Part shown: in pieces, positions 1-13,317 of the stretch
Layout of the letters: every line of letters starts with the position of its first letter
Numbering within the stretch: the stretch's first letter is position 1
Assembly (NCBI GenBank): GCA_965153285.1
Contig: OZ229113.1
Length of the DNA: 64,000 bases
DNA from: Podarcis tiliguerta
Lineage: Eukaryota
Reading direction: 5' to 3' (one strand)
Notes under the pieces: generated by a model
Database searches by the model: none
Told to the model about the DNA's origin: nothing
Seen by the model: only the letters and a program-made list of their open reading frames with translations
Translations under genes and position numbers: made by a program

Positions 1-148
1 CATTTTCTGTTTTTTATATTGTGATTTTATGTTGGGAACTGCCCTGAGATCTATGGGTATAGGGTGGTACACAAATTTTAAAAATAAATTAATCAATATG
101 TTCACACAGCAATTACACGAGGAAGAGTATCTTCATAGGTCAAGTTCT

Positions 149-212
149 GGAATTGCTTCTAATACCTGTTTTGTTGTTTTGGAGTTGCTTCTGATACCTG
201 TTTTGTTGTTTC
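149..212. repeat. 32-bp tandem duplication
   Basis: GGAATTGCTTCTAATACCTGTTTTGTTGTTTT followed by GGAGTTGCTTCTGATACCTGTTTTGTTGTTTC. Confidence 0.8.
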
Positions 213-1039
213 TCTGGGAAAAAGCACTACAGCTTAAGAACAGTAGTTTCATGTGTACAATTTAAGAGCAGAATTTCCACCCTTTTGTTTTCACATCTCT
301 GTGCTTGACAATCAGAATGTGGGAGGGAATCTATGGATTGTCAGTTTAGCAACAAGTTATTCTGGAACCTGATCTTAGAAATAATGAGTTCTACTTAGCC
401 ACTTCTTCCATTACATAAATAAAATGCTAGCATAGTATTAATTGAATGCTTTTCCAGGTGTCCAGTTGTTTTAAGGATGTGCCTTCATTTTACTGTGCAG
501 CATTTTAAAACTCGATACTGCCCAAAGCCTTAATAGTAGAATATGCTAGAAATCTAAATAAAAAATTAGTCTTCCATTACTCATTATTTAAAAATAAAAT
601 TGTGTAAAATGAATATAAACCAGATTGTTCTAAAATACGTTCAAGTTGGATCAAATAGGATTTGGATGATTTTTCTAGCACCACCACATATAAGATCTCA
701 TTAAAAATGACACTACATGAGACTAGCACAATGCAACTTGAATCTTTGCAATCATTTATAGGTTATTTGATGCCACTGGAAATTTCTCCTTCTCCCCAGT
801 CAAGGGATTCTTAAAGCAGGTTGTGGAAACAAGTCATGCACACAAGTGGTTGACTCATCTCAAAATTTATATTCCCGACTGCCACTGCAAATCCTCCTTC
901 CCCAAATCCAAGACTGGATTACTGTGCCTTCTCATCCCTCTGCATGCAATCAGCCCTCCAAGGAAATACCTCCATGATCTGCCCAGTTCACATGGTTGCA
1001 CATTTCCCAGAGGATGGAGAACTTGTGGCTTTCCTGTTG

Positions 1040-1162
1040 AGGGAAGTTTTTAATGTTTGCAGTTTTATTCTGTTTTTAATGTTCTGTTGAAAGCCGCCCA
1101 GAGTGGCCGGGGAAACCCAGCCAGATGGGTGGGGTGGAAATAATTATTATATTATTATTATT
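1040..1162 (+). mobile_element. L2 LINE 3' end fragment
   Basis: AGGGAAGTTTTTAATGTTTG...GTTTTATTCTGTTTTTAATGTTCTGTTG...AGCCGCCCAG and a (TAT)n tail; same 3' end as the L2 at 34474-35066. Confidence 0.7.
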
Positions 1163-2711
1163 CCAGATGTTGTGGACTACAAATCCCATCATCCCTGACC
1201 ATGTTGGTCAGGACGGATGGATACTGAAGTTCAACATCATCTTGGAGGGCCACAAGTTCCATCATTAGAGGATCTACCACTGAAAGTCACAGGAAGATCT
1301 CTCCTTCTGCAATGCTCAAATCACTCCAAGATCCCCACCTCAAAACAGAACAATACTTTCCTTTCCTTTTTTTAAATGTGCAGTTATCCTTTTTCTAGGA
1401 TGACTGATGAAAGGGGAGGAATATTCAGTACCCATATAAAATAAAGTCTACAGAATTATCCTCAAAACCTGGGCAGCCAGTTTTGCTCCAAGAGAAAAGG
1501 GGAATAGTATTTCCAATTTTCAGCCTCCACCTTTTTCGCTACCATATTGCAAAGCAACAGACTTTGAGGGTCATACCATGTCCATCTACTGGAACAGACA
1601 AACCTCACTAACACCACTTAATCCCTCAAAGCTCGTTTCCCAAAATCTTTATTAAGGGATACACCAAGGCCATCTGAATGCATGTCACGATAAAATGCAC
1701 TGTCTAACTTAATTCTTCTATCTTACGGGAAAAGCCAGATCATTGAATAATCAGATTTAGCTATCAGTACAGCAGAGGATCTAAGGTTTTAAACCAATTT
1801 AAAGCCTGCAAATACCATATGCCAGCTGACAAAATAAAGCAGCATAATTGATTCTAATACTCACCCGCTATAAACACCAGCATGACAAAGAGAAATGGTT
1901 GTATCAAGTCTTTACACAATGGCAACAGGTCGCCTGCGCTCCAGGCCCTATGCCTGGAATGACACATGACAGTCAGCGCAGCCATCCTGCTATCAAATCC
2001 TTCGTAAAGGATTTTCACCCATTTAAGTCCCCCCCCCCCACAGCCTTTTTAAAAATGACACAAAATGTTTTATTAATTCCACTTTCAACTACAGGGCAAT
2101 ATATTGCTCTTGAGAATGACTATGAGGCATACCTGTTGAATACTATGTAGTAGTCCCATCAGTTACAAATCTGCTGATGAGAGACTGGTACTATTTTACA
2201 AGGCCTGGCTCAAGTAAAATTGCCCCCACCGTCCTTCATTCTACTTGCACATGAGCAGGTTGTTGTGTTTAAAAAACACCTATAAGCAACCTAAATACAA
2301 AGGCAACCTGAACACCGTACAGGTTTTGGTGTCCAATGAATTTTTGCATTGCTTGTTGACGATGCGTTTATCTATATGCACTCCATTGCCATAATTTTCC
2401 ATATATACAATGACTGTAGCTACCTTCTATTTACCTCTTCTCTTAGGGCAGCCCCCTCAAAAAAAAGGCAGGTCCCATTTGCACATAACGCTTGACATCA
2501 ACAAATCATTGTGAAGACTCTGGAGAGAAGAGAACGGCCATTTTACTTCTCCTCCAGTCCGGCTGTTACTGCTTTACTGTAGGTTAAGCTATGGTTTGGC
2601 TTACAATTAAACCACAATCCCAGGTTCAGATACAGCTCCCCCAGACAAACCACAAGTGGTAAGCCACAAAACAAACCTTGTCTACAGGGTCATAGCCAAG
2701 ACAGGGTCATA

Positions 2712-2892
2712 GAGACGTAGCTCAGTGATAGAACGTGTGCTTTGCATGCAAAAGGTTCCACGTTCAAGCCCTGGCATCTTCAAGTGGGGCTGGAAAATAC
2801 CCATTGTCTGAAATCCTGGAGGGCCATTACAGTCAATGCAAAGTACACTGAACTAGATGGATGAACTGTCTTGGCACAAAGCAGCTTCCTAT
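2712..2892 (+). mobile_element. old tRNA(Ala-like)-derived SINE
   Basis: GTAGCTCAGTGATAGAAC...TTTGCATGCAAAAGGTTCCACGTTCAAGCCCTGGCATCT head with A/B-box-like motifs. Related decayed copies near 14250-14430, 32270-32450, 38280-38430, 46410-46550, 46860-47040 and 52840-53040. Confidence 0.6.
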
Positions 2893-3189
2893 AATGATTA
2901 TAATTCTGACCACATGCACATTAGCTAGCCTGACACTGAACTACTGTACACATGGCTTTTTTGTTAAACTACTGGATGATAGCAATATATATGTATGTGT
3001 GTTTTGTTGAGAAGACCGCAGGACACAAAGATTCAGACCACACAGAAAACCTGGCAAAGACTCAGCAGAGACTACTTAAAACAAAAACCCATTGCTGGTT
3101 AATTACGGTCAAACCTGGAACCAGAAGGTGAAGAAAGAGCAAATGGTTACATTTTCAGTTAAATGAGCTTTACAGTTTGTTTCATTATA

Positions 3190-3412
3190 CAGTCATACCT
3201 CGGGATAAATGTGCTTCAAGTTAAGTATTTTCGGGTTGTGCTCCGCGGCAACCCGGAAGTCTTGCCACGCACGCATGCGCAGACGGTCAAAATGACGTCA
3301 CACGCATGCGTGGAAGTGGCAAAACGCGACCCGCGTGGATGCAGGTTGCGTTCGCTTCAGGATGTGAACGGGGCTCCAGAATGGATCCTGTTCACATCCC
3401 GAGGTACCACTG
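3190..3412. mobile_element. Tc1/mariner-type (Tigger-like) MITE
   Basis: TIRs CAGTCATACCTCGGG...CCCGAGGTACCACTG flanked by TA target duplications; CpG-rich interior. Confidence 0.85.
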
Positions 3413-4940
3413 TATTTGAGATGCTACCTCAAGGGATTCCTCCCATTTTTGGGCTGGCTGAAGGTGGGGGATTACAAAATGAATAGCAAAAAGTATATTG
3501 AGAATATGGCTTAGCACATGCATAGAACCATTTTCATGCCTACTACTCTATGAGTTAAGCAATACAGGACTCTTGCTACAGTACTCTGCTTTATGCTTTC
3601 CATCTCCAAAACTACTGCATGCATGTATGTTCCCTAGACTTCATGCCAAATAGTTGGGAATAGCTGTATAGCTCAATAGCAGCTTTCAGGTTTTGTAATG
3701 CACAGTAGATTTAATCCTAGGTCTTCCCAGATGTAAGAACTCAGGGAGCAAGGCTGGAAAGACCATGAGAAACCATCAGAGTCAGCCATCCAGGGCTAGA
3801 TGGTTGGTTCAAAGCAGTACAATGCAGCTCCTTCTAAAACCTTGCTTTCCACAAGCAGCCTTGAATTCAGTGACTTAGTAAACCTATCAGATGCTTACCA
3901 AATCCATCAACATGCAAAACTATCCTGGGAGACACGACACAGGCACAAGCGTGTCAAGAACATTTTTGGTATTCATTTTAAAAAAACCCAGCCATCCCCA
4001 TCTTAATTCAAATCTCTCTGAATCTACACAATTAAAGCCTTTAATTAGGAGACAGTTTTCACAGGAGAGAGAAGTAGCTTTTTATAGAACCAAATATCTT
4101 TACGATGAGCACATCTGCATTGGAAAGGTCAGCTATTAATTTTGTGGGAGCTGCTTGTCATTCTATCACCTGGAAGAATAGCTTTGAAGAATCCAAGACT
4201 TAATTATAGCAACAATTCAGTCTCCCTCCTTTTGTGGGCTCGTAAATTTAGGCAAGTGCAACAGTCTACAGAGCATAATGTTTGAAGATGTCTATTGGCT
4301 AACTCAATGAAACACTCCATCAGTGCTTCCAATATGCTTTTTTCATGAGCATGAAGCACTTCCAGTGTTTACAGATTAGACATCCTTAACAGGAATTTTG
4401 TTTGATTTAAATTGATTTCGCTGTGTCCATTCACAATGAGCACGGTCTGAAGTGAAGATAATGACATTAGCATGACTTGGGGCATTGACAATTATATTAG
4501 TCACCGTGAACAGAAACTAAATATTCAGAGAACAGAAAAGGCTTCAAGGGAATTTATTCTCTCCTTATGAGTAAGCCTTCATAGACCATTTCCAGGAGAA
4601 CACATCATTTATTTAGGAGGCATAAGGTCACATTGACACAACCAGCAAAAAAAAAAAAAAAAAAAAAGGAGGGGAGGGGGAGAATTCTCTCTATGAAAGC
4701 CAGATATATAAAATGGAATGTTTACCCATTCACTACTAGGACAGATGAAGGTGGCCTTATACAGGCCACACTACCTATCTAGCCAGTGTTTCTGTTTTGA
4801 ATCACAGAAGTTCTCAGGTAGAGATGGAGAGAGTGTTGTTGCATCTGGGTCCTGCTTATGGGCTTCTGATAGACATCTGGCTAATCAGGATGCGGAAGAG
4901 GATGTGGATGGGGCTTCTGACCTAGTCCAGCAGGACTTTT

Positions 4941-5395
4941 TATTATTATTCAAAATTATTTTTTGAAATTTTTTTTATTCAAAATTAAACCAAAACATAT
5001 TATCCAGAAACATATTATCCTTATTCCCCCCCCCCATTTTTCCTCCGGCCCCCCACCCTCTCACACAAAACCCACCCACCCCCCGACTTCCCTGAGTTCC
5101 AGTCTTTGATTTCTCTAAGAATGCTGTTTTCTGCATGTTACACAGTTGTATAGATCCTCAAACTATTTAGCTGATTGTTATCAATAAAACGTTTGTGAAT
5201 GTTTATTCAAAGCCAGCCAAGGAGTCCAGTTCGCTTTGTTGCGTCTTCAAATACTTTGTAAAGGGTTCCCATTCATCTTTAAAGTCACAGTTATCCTTGT
5301 CCCGTAGCTTATATGTCACTTTTGCCAGTTCTGCATAGTCCTTCAATTTTTCTTGCCATGATTCTTTAGTTGGGGTTTCTTCAGTCTTCCATCCT
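4941..5395 (-). mobile_element. L1 LINE 3' fragment (ORF2 C-terminus, 3' UTR, A-rich tail)
   Basis: Minus-strand translation WKTEETPTKESWQEKLKDYAELAKVTYKLRDKDNCDFKDEWEPFTKYLK...LAGFE* resembles the squamate L1 ORF2 C-terminus; G-rich 3' UTR and A-rich tail follow. Confidence 0.7.
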
Positions 5396-6313
5396 TTTTT
5401 TCTTTATGCATCCTCATCATCAAGTAGTTTGTGAGGAGTACCTGATGCTAAAGTGAAGCTAAGCAGGTGTGGATCTGGTCAATCCCTTGGATGGAAAATA
5501 ATTGCAAACCTCATATAAAGAGTAGAACAGACATCAAATAAAACCATTTTAAAGGCATGCAGATCAGCAGCAGTCACACAAGAATTGTGACGCAGTCAAA
5601 TGGTGGCTGGTAATTCAGAAGTAGAAACCTCATTTTCAAATTGACTGTACAATACTGATATTTTATGGCACTCTTCAGAGTATTTTCTTTTCAAAGTGGG
5701 AATACACACTTGTAGCAATCAAAAATACATCTAAGAATTTCCTTGATTCCATTTATGTGCTGGCAGATTTACAAATGCATGTTTAACAGAATCACGTTAA
5801 ACACACTATGCTCTAAATAATGCATACTGAGTCTGTGATCAAAGTCTTTTTATTATAAAAGTTGGAGAAATATATGTAATTTTAGGATTATACTGAATTT
5901 GATTTTACGCTAATAGATTCTGCCTTATTTTTATTTATTTAGCTCATTTATATACCAATCCATGTATCAAAGAAATCTCTGAGCATCCACATTTTAAAAC
6001 AGCACCAACCAATTAGATATGAATTCACTAACAGTAAGCAGTATATACAAATATCAGCACTATATATTCACATTGTTGCAGGAGTCAGAAAAGCACAGAG
6101 TCTAGGTCTTTAACGCGGTAAGTCAAATCAGATGAGCAATGAATTGGCCTTCTACCAGATGGTACTCAGTTTTAGAGAAAACCCTTTCTTGAATACGTTG
6201 CTCTTGAATAAATGAAAATAATTGTTCTAATGTGGTGCCTATTTCCACAGCTTTAACCACCATTAGGCACATTTCAGTGGAAGAATTTCCCACAAGGGAG
6301 TTCTGAAAAGATC

Positions 6314-6316
<3 letters not shown>

Positions 6317-6352
<36 letters not shown>
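6317..6352. repeat. (CA)n microsatellite
   Basis: Visible perfect dinucleotide run. Confidence 0.95.
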
Positions 6353-6354
<2 letters not shown>

Positions 6355-6721
6355 TTTGCCCTTGCTCATCACAACTGCACCATTTAGAGCTTAGCATTTG
6401 AGATAGTTTTGTTATTCCCTTATTCCAACCTCTCCTCTCTACCGACTTAAAAAGCAGCAACTTGAATTCTGTTCATCGACTTCTTAAGTGAAAAGTTTTC
6501 TACTATTTTGTTTTAATTGTCTTGTCTCCTCCCCTAATTCAGCCATAGGCTCTTCCAGATGGGTCTTTATTTGTGGGATTGCTGCTGTTCATGCATGTAT
6601 CCTTTTTTTTTTTGCAGTATCCAATATCATTGGCATCAAAATGACATTTCACATTTTTTCAACATTTAATATGAATTTTCCCTATTCACCCTCACAGAGC
6701 TACAGTTCCCTTTGAAGAGGG

Positions 6722-6991
6722 TTGTTGTTGTTGTTTAGTCATTCAGTCGTGTCCGACTCTTCGTGACCCCATGGACCAGAGCACGCCAGGCACTCCTGTC
6801 TTCCACTGCCTCCCGCAGTTTGGTCAGATTCATGCTGGTAGCTTCGAGAACACTGTCCAACCATCTCGTCCTCTGTCGTCCCCTTCTCCTTGTGCCCTCC
6901 ATCTTTCCCAACATCAGGGTCTTTTCCCGTGAGTCTTCTCTTCTCATGAGGTGGCCAAAGTATTGGAGCCTCAGCTTCATGATCTGTCCTT
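6722..6991 (-). mobile_element. BovB (RTE) LINE, 5'-truncated
   Basis: ORF KLRLQYFGHLMRREDSREKTLMLGKMEGTRRRGRQRTRWLD is the RTE/BovB C-terminus. (CAA)n tail and 12-bp TSD CTTTGAAGAGGG (6710-6721 / 6992-7003). Confidence 0.95.
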
Positions 6992-8074
6992 CTTTGAAGA
7001 GGGACTGAGTGTTAACTCATTCTGAGAAATGGAGCTCTGTGAGGGGAATGGGGGGGGGTCTCCAAACAACTCTCAGCACCATTAAATGGCAGTTCCTGAG
7101 ATTCTTTATCTGTTTAAAGTGCTATGGCACTGCTTTAAAAGTATAGTGCAGGTGAAGACTATGAAGATTCCTCCCCTTGTCCCCTGCTTATGAATAGGGC
7201 TATTCCAAGCTCTCCTAGTTAGTCTCAGCAATATGAAAATACAGACACCCATCCAATATGGCAGTGCTGCTAAAAAAAATCCAATTCTTTTGAGAATTAT
7301 AACATCAGTAGGGTATGATCCCTTTTATCAACCTACAGAGAAACCAAGGCTTCAAGTAAAGTCTTCACGCCAAACCTAGATCCAATACCAGACTGAAATA
7401 CACCTGAATCATACTGCTGGCAAACTCATTCCCCTGGGTGCCAATTCTTATGTAGCCAAATCCGTTTCTGAAATTGCTTAACACCATTTAATCTACAACT
7501 TCGACAGTGCTTTTCCTCAAGATGCCATGCCTAAAAAGAAAGAAGCTATTCAATAGGGATGGGAGAGGAAAAATAAGTCTAGGATGGGACTCTGTGCACA
7601 ATAAACATTTTGTTAAGGCAGCCTGGCTCTTTCCCACTCACTAATCTTGAATATAAATGTGCACAATAAAACATAGCTGCTGTCTTAGCCAATTACTTTG
7701 AAAATCTGAGCACCGCTTAAGCATATGATGCTTAAGTGTATACTTTAGCATTTCCTCTTCAAAGGACTCCAATTATGCTCTCCACAGAGAATTTCCCCCT
7801 TTTGCTGTAGTTAACAGGGGCAAGTCAGTGCTAAGTCAGCTTCCAGGAAAGATACAGGTTCACAGATACGGTAGATTAAAAGTGTTTCTTAATCAAGGAA
7901 AGGGTTGCCAGGGCCAGCCCAGCAACAATTCACAGTGAAATATGTGCTTCTGGTGGCAGACCAGGAGGCGTGGTGCACCCCATCAGCCACACATAGTGGG
8001 GCCCACTGAGGTCACAACTATTGGGCCTGCTCAACTGTTGGTCAACTCTCAGCTGCAGCTGCGACTGCTACTGG

Positions 8075-8300
8075 TGTGCCAGTGTGGCATAGCAGTTAAG
8101 AGTGTTGGACTGTGGGACCAGGGTTCAAATTCCTGCTCAGCCATGAAACTGACTAGGTGATGTTGGACCAGTCATAATCTCTCAGCCTAATCTACCTCAC
8201 TGGGCTGTTGTGAGTATAAAAAGGGAAGGAAGAGAGCGACATGTGCCACCTTGAGCTTCTTGGAGGAAATATGGGACACAGAGGGAATAAATATATAAAT
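8075..8300 (+). mobile_element. MIR/Squam3-like tRNA SINE
   Basis: GCCAGTGTGGCATAGCAGTTAAGAGTGTTGGAC...GGGTTCAAATTCC head and core CTCAGCCTAATCTACCTCACTGGGCTGTTGTGAG. Confidence 0.6.
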
Positions 8301-8449
8301 CCTACTAGTGCAGCCAGGCCACCCACCTCAAAGTACAACACTGCAGGGTGAGAATGCCCCCCCCCCAATCCTGTGGTGGAAGGAAAGGAGGGAGGGGGCT
8401 GCCGAGGAGATAGCAAGGGAGCTGCAACAGAAGGTGGCAGCACAATGTA

Positions 8450-8596
8450 TAATCATAGAATTATATCGTTGGAAGGGACCAAGGGGGTTGTCTAGTCCAA
8501 CCCCCTGCAATGCAGAAATCTTCTGCCCAACATGGGGTTCAAACCCATAAGCCTGAGATTAAGAGACTTATGCTTTACCAACTGAGCTATCCCAGC
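8450..8596 (-). mobile_element. tRNA-Lys(CTT)-headed SINE with CR1-like tail (POM/Squam2-like)
   Basis: Reverse complement GCTGGGATAGCTCAGTTGGTAAAGCATAAGTCTCTTAATCTCAGG...GAACCCCATGTTGGGC followed by GGTTGGACTAGA...CCCTTCCAAC...TTCTATGATT. Confidence 0.8.
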
Positions 8597-9766
8597 TGTA
8601 GCGTTTCACAGGGACAGACTTTGTGACCAGTGCGTCACTTTCCATTTTATGTTAGTGTAAAATCATTTATAAAATTCTTAATATATTTTTTTAAATATCA
8701 CTTAAGCTGTGTGCATTGCAAAACAAACAAAATCATTAAAATGAAACAGCGGTGTCAAAACAGGTAAACACGCATAGAAAATAATGAAACAAAAATGCAA
8801 GGGAGCCAAACATATAACAGGATCCAGGCTTGTAGGTTAGTGGAAGCATGGGTAAAAAGATAAGTCTTTACACATAACATCTGAGGCAATGGGTGGCAGT
8901 CGCATAAGGCAGATTGAAGGGTCTTCCCATGCTACAGTGGCAACAGTATTAAGGGAAACAGAAGTGGGGGGACACAAAAAGAGGTGGAATGGCAACACAC
9001 GCCACACCCTCAGATGTCAGTGAAATTCAGAGCAACATGGCAATATACCCATCAAGAAGCCACAGTCCCATAATGCAACAGGTAATGCAGTATAAAAGGA
9101 ACATTAGAAACCAGGACATAAGTGCTAGCATCTGGGAGTCAGGAGAGGGGGGATATTGGTTTGTTCTTGTTCTTTTTTATTATATATTTTGTATATTTTT
9201 ATGTTGTGAACTGCCGCGAGATCTATAGATGAAGAGCGGTATACAAATATAAAAAATAATAATTATAATAACCAGGTGGACTAACACAATAATTCCCACA
9301 TCTAAATATGCCCTAAGTATTTACATAATGCAGTTTTTGACTAAATGTCGTCTTCTTTTAAGTTGGCGCAAGTAACAAGTTTTCTGCACAAACTCTAGAA
9401 CCTCAGGCATGAGCATTCTTGACCTCCTCTGTTCCATTTCCAGGAGATTTTCCCACAACTGTTGCAGTGTACATTTCCTTATAAAGAAATGATGACTAAG
9501 CAAGTGCTGGATTACTTGACTGGCATAGCACAATGGACCCTTGTATGCTTCTTTCTTGGTTGTGAAAGGGAAAAACCAATGCCACCACAGTCCAGTAACT
9601 CACTTAACAACTCTTAAACGACATTCTATAATGTTGCACAGTGATTACCCTGCCCTTCTCTCAGCAGTCCATTGAGGCACAAACCAGCATTGCCTAATTC
9701 ACAAAGGCCAAATTAAAAGAACTAAGCTAGAAGTTATGAGAAGATACAGTCAAGATCACATAGGGT

Positions 9767-10128
9767 TGTATTTTTTCATGTTAGTAATGTTGGCTTTTTC
9801 GCAGTATAGTAGCGTAGAGAGCTTGCTGGGGAGAGCTTGCATTAAAAAGAAAAGGGACTCAAAAATAACTTAAACAAGGTTTTAATAAGAAAAACAAAAA
9901 ACTCCTTACCTTATACACTATATACATCTACAAACAAACACGACCCAACCACCAACCCATCCCCAGGGTAAAATGGCAGAGCTAGGTGCTGCTCCTTATA
10001 TACTGTGGCCAATTCCCAACACAGCTTAATCAATGCAACTCAGCAGCACCTGCTATGCCTCACAGCTGCAAGGCTGGATCTCATTAGTTTACTCTGGCCC
10101 TTGCTCTGGCCACTTAAAGGTATACACA
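9767..10128 (-). mobile_element. putative solo LTR
   Basis: TG...CA termini with near-perfect flanking repeat TAGGGT/TTGGGT. On the minus strand TATATAA (10002-9996) is followed by ATTAAA (9886-9881), the U3-R-U5 order. Confidence 0.55.
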
Positions 10129-10454
10129 TTGGGTGAAACAATGATGAACCTTTAGATTTAAAGAAACAGTTCAACAAGTAAATGGCAACAGAGAGGGGGA
10201 TGAGTCTATTCTGAAATGTTTAATTCTTACCCGTTGCCCCATTTTTTCAGATTAAAATCTCCCTGCAAAGTTGGCAATCTCTGGAAGCTAGCTTTCTACA
10301 AAGGCTGTAAGTGCTCTGGATGCAGAGAGGGATATGAAACCCATCTAGGGATTCAAGGAAGCACATCACAGGATGCAGGAAACAAGAAAAGTAAATGATT
10401 TTTGTGAGTAGAAGTCTTCTATTAGAGAAAGGTTGGAAGGAACAATCAGAAATA

Positions 10455-10696
10455 CAGTGGTACCTTGGGTTACAGACACTTTAGGTTACAGACGCTTCAG
10501 GTTACAGACTCCGCTAACCCAGAAATAGTACCTCGGGTTAAGAATTTTGCTTCAGGATGAGAACAGAAATTGAGTGGTGGCGGTGCGGAGGCAGCGAGAG
10601 GCCCCATTAGCTAAAGTGGTATCTCAGGTTAAGAACAGTTTCAGGTTAAGAACAGACCTCTGGAACGAATTAAGTTCTTAACCCGAGGTACCACTG
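10455..10696. mobile_element. Tc1/mariner-type MITE (family shared with 19048 and 27181)
   Basis: TIRs CAGTGGTACCTTGGGTTA...TAACCCGAGGTACCACTG with TA TSDs. Confidence 0.9.
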
Positions 10697-11501
10697 TATA
10701 TTAGAAGTGAAGAGATATTGGTATGAGAATAGAGGGGGAATAAACTAGAAGGACAACAGTACAAATAACATCAAAATTCTGGCAGTTAAACTGTTGAGAC
10801 AGAGGTGAGAGGAAATTACCAAAAAGGAGAGAGGGGGCAACACAGAAATTTGCAGTAACCAAGGCAGGATCTGGCTATAGCAGAGAGGATGAAAACTGAA
10901 TGTATCTATATATTCTTCTCTATATAATAAAAAGCTAAGGCTGTCATCATGCAGCTCCCATCTGGTACCATGTGCTGTCTTCAACATGAAGTTCCAGATT
11001 CATTGTAGTAATTTAGAATAGCTATTTTATTAACAAGCCCACCCTCATATATGTATGACAATCATCAACTGAACTTAGCCTTCTCCAGCTGAACAAACCA
11101 ACTGGCAGACCTGTTCTTAAATTTCCACTCTTCTCAAAGTTACATATTGTCACAGGTATGTGTTCAAAAAAAGGCTGCTGAATAGGAGGCAGGAGGAAAC
11201 ACAGAATGGGGGGGGGGTTTCCATGTGTAAGGCGGAGGTGAAGAAGGAGGAGGAGGAGGGTGGAGGAAAGGGTTGAAGATAAGGATTGGTGGTGGTTACC
11301 AAAAAAGAGAGGAAGGAATAGGAAGCCTGGGAATGGGGGTAAAGATGAGAGCGGAGATACAAAAGGGGTTACGCAATAGGAGGAGATGATAGCATAATGC
11401 AGGGCTGCAGAACAGAAGACAGAAGTAGCTCCAGAAATGGGGTTAGGAAGGAGAAAGGGGAGCTTAGTAATTGCATGGGGTAGGAAGGGGAGCCTCTAGG
11501 G

Positions 11502-11628
11502 CAGCCTTTCTCAACCATGAGTTGTCAGATGTTGTTGGACCATAGCTTCCATCATCTCTGACCACTGATTAGGAATGAAGGAGGTTGCAGTCCAACAGCG
11601 TCTGATGCCCCAGGGTTGAGAAAGGCTG
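11502..11628. mobile_element. hAT-type palindromic MITE
   Basis: TIR CAGCCTTTCTCAACC...GGTTGAGAAAGGCTG with perfect 8-bp TSD CTCTAGGG. Confidence 0.9.
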
Positions 11629-13014
11629 CTCTAGGGTGTTAATGCGGAGTGATGGGGGTGAGCAGATCAAGTGCAGCCCCTAGGTCTAACAAAGTCCTCA
11701 GGACATGACTGCACAACATCAGTACAGATGGTGGGAAACCAAGGCAGATATGTACACATACCAAAAGATTTATTCTTCTCCAAAGAAAGACAGCTTCATC
11801 CTCATTGTTTCACATAGATGGACACCCATTCAAAATGGCTTCTTCAGCTAAACTGCTTCAGTAGCAATAAAATACTGACATTTTATTTCAGCCAGTCAAT
11901 TAAAAACACACACAAACCTCATAACAGTATGTATTGGCTGTTCTTCATGAGATGTGCTCTCATATAGGTTCATTTTTATTATTCCAATACAAAATGGCAG
12001 AAATTGATTTTAAATTTTGACTTCCTTTGCCAGAAGTACACTAGAATTAAGTTAAATCACTGAAGATACATAGTGACATGCATGGCCCACAGCTGCTAAT
12101 TTTACATTTCTGTTTACTAAGATGACCCAGATTATAGCTTCTCCTTCCAACCCCCTGCAAGTTTATTATAAGGAATACGTCAGTGAACAAGAGGTAAATT
12201 TCATGGTAATCCCAAATGATGTAAGCAAGCCAACATTTTATTCCAAGATAGCCCATTATACTTGATACATGCTACTTATTTATTTTAAATATCGCATTTT
12301 GTTTATTTTCAGGCTGCCAAATGCAGGAATCTCATCTGAAAGGAACGTGGAAAAACCTTCCGCTGCTATTTTTGTAAAGTGTCAACTGGCAATGCTTAAT
12401 CAGCCCCAAGTAATTTTGCCTCGTTTAGAGCAACAATGCTTTCCTCTGCTTATTTCCAAAATAAAACAAGCCAATTAATTCAATGGCTAGGAAGCATGCT
12501 AGCTTTGACACCAGCTCACAGTAAAATCTGAGCTATGCTTGTTATAAGCTCTGTATTAACACCGAAAAATAAAAATAAAAATGCTATACCACTTCAGCAT
12601 TCTCTCAGAAATGAGATTCTCTCAAGCACCACCAACCTCCTCTTCTGCATACACACAGCCATTTTTGGCCGCAGAATTTATTTCTATTGTATAACTACTG
12701 CTTATTATGCAAGTTATATAGATTTGCAGCATGATTAATTTGCGACATTTTTTAAGGAAGGGTGGTGATTTGGAGGCAGTTTTTAAAATAAATAAATCAA
12801 TATGGTTTGTTAATATGAGGACCTCATCTGAAGCAATATTAAAATCTTCCACTGTCTACCAGTGCCAGGAATCAAATCCTTGGGCAGCAGCAACAACCTT
12901 GCAGTTCTTTGTGCTAAAGAAGCTAGTTCCTTAGCAACCAATGAAGACAACTGTGTTGCCAAGGAAATGTGAAAGACATTTATAAAAAAGTATGAAAGAA
13001 AGCAACAGCAGAAG

Positions 13015-13016
<2 letters not shown>

Positions 13017-13050
<34 letters not shown>
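13017..13050. repeat. (CA)n microsatellite
   Basis: Visible dinucleotide run. Confidence 0.95.
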
Positions 13051-13054
<4 letters not shown>

Positions 13055-13317
13055 CTAGTAATTTTTGTACCACGTACAATAAAATATTTCCCTTCTTAAA
13101 TGGGGCTAATGCTGGGTCTATGGAAAGTTGCTTTACCTTACTGAGGGTTTCTTTGTTTTGACAAATATCTATACGAATACAGAACTTTCGGCCTATGCCA
13201 CCATCTCTCAAGTAGTAGTGGAATTCCAAAAAGTACTTTAGGCAAAAGGTTATGTCTCAATACTAAATCACATGCTTTGTGTACAAGATTTCCTTTCTGG
13301 GCAGCCAATAATGAGTA

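Noticed and set aside
9321-9533. 70-aa minus-strand ORF as a DCLK1 exon
   Set aside because: No resemblance to the DCLK1 sequence expected after exon 3 and no convincing splice sites.
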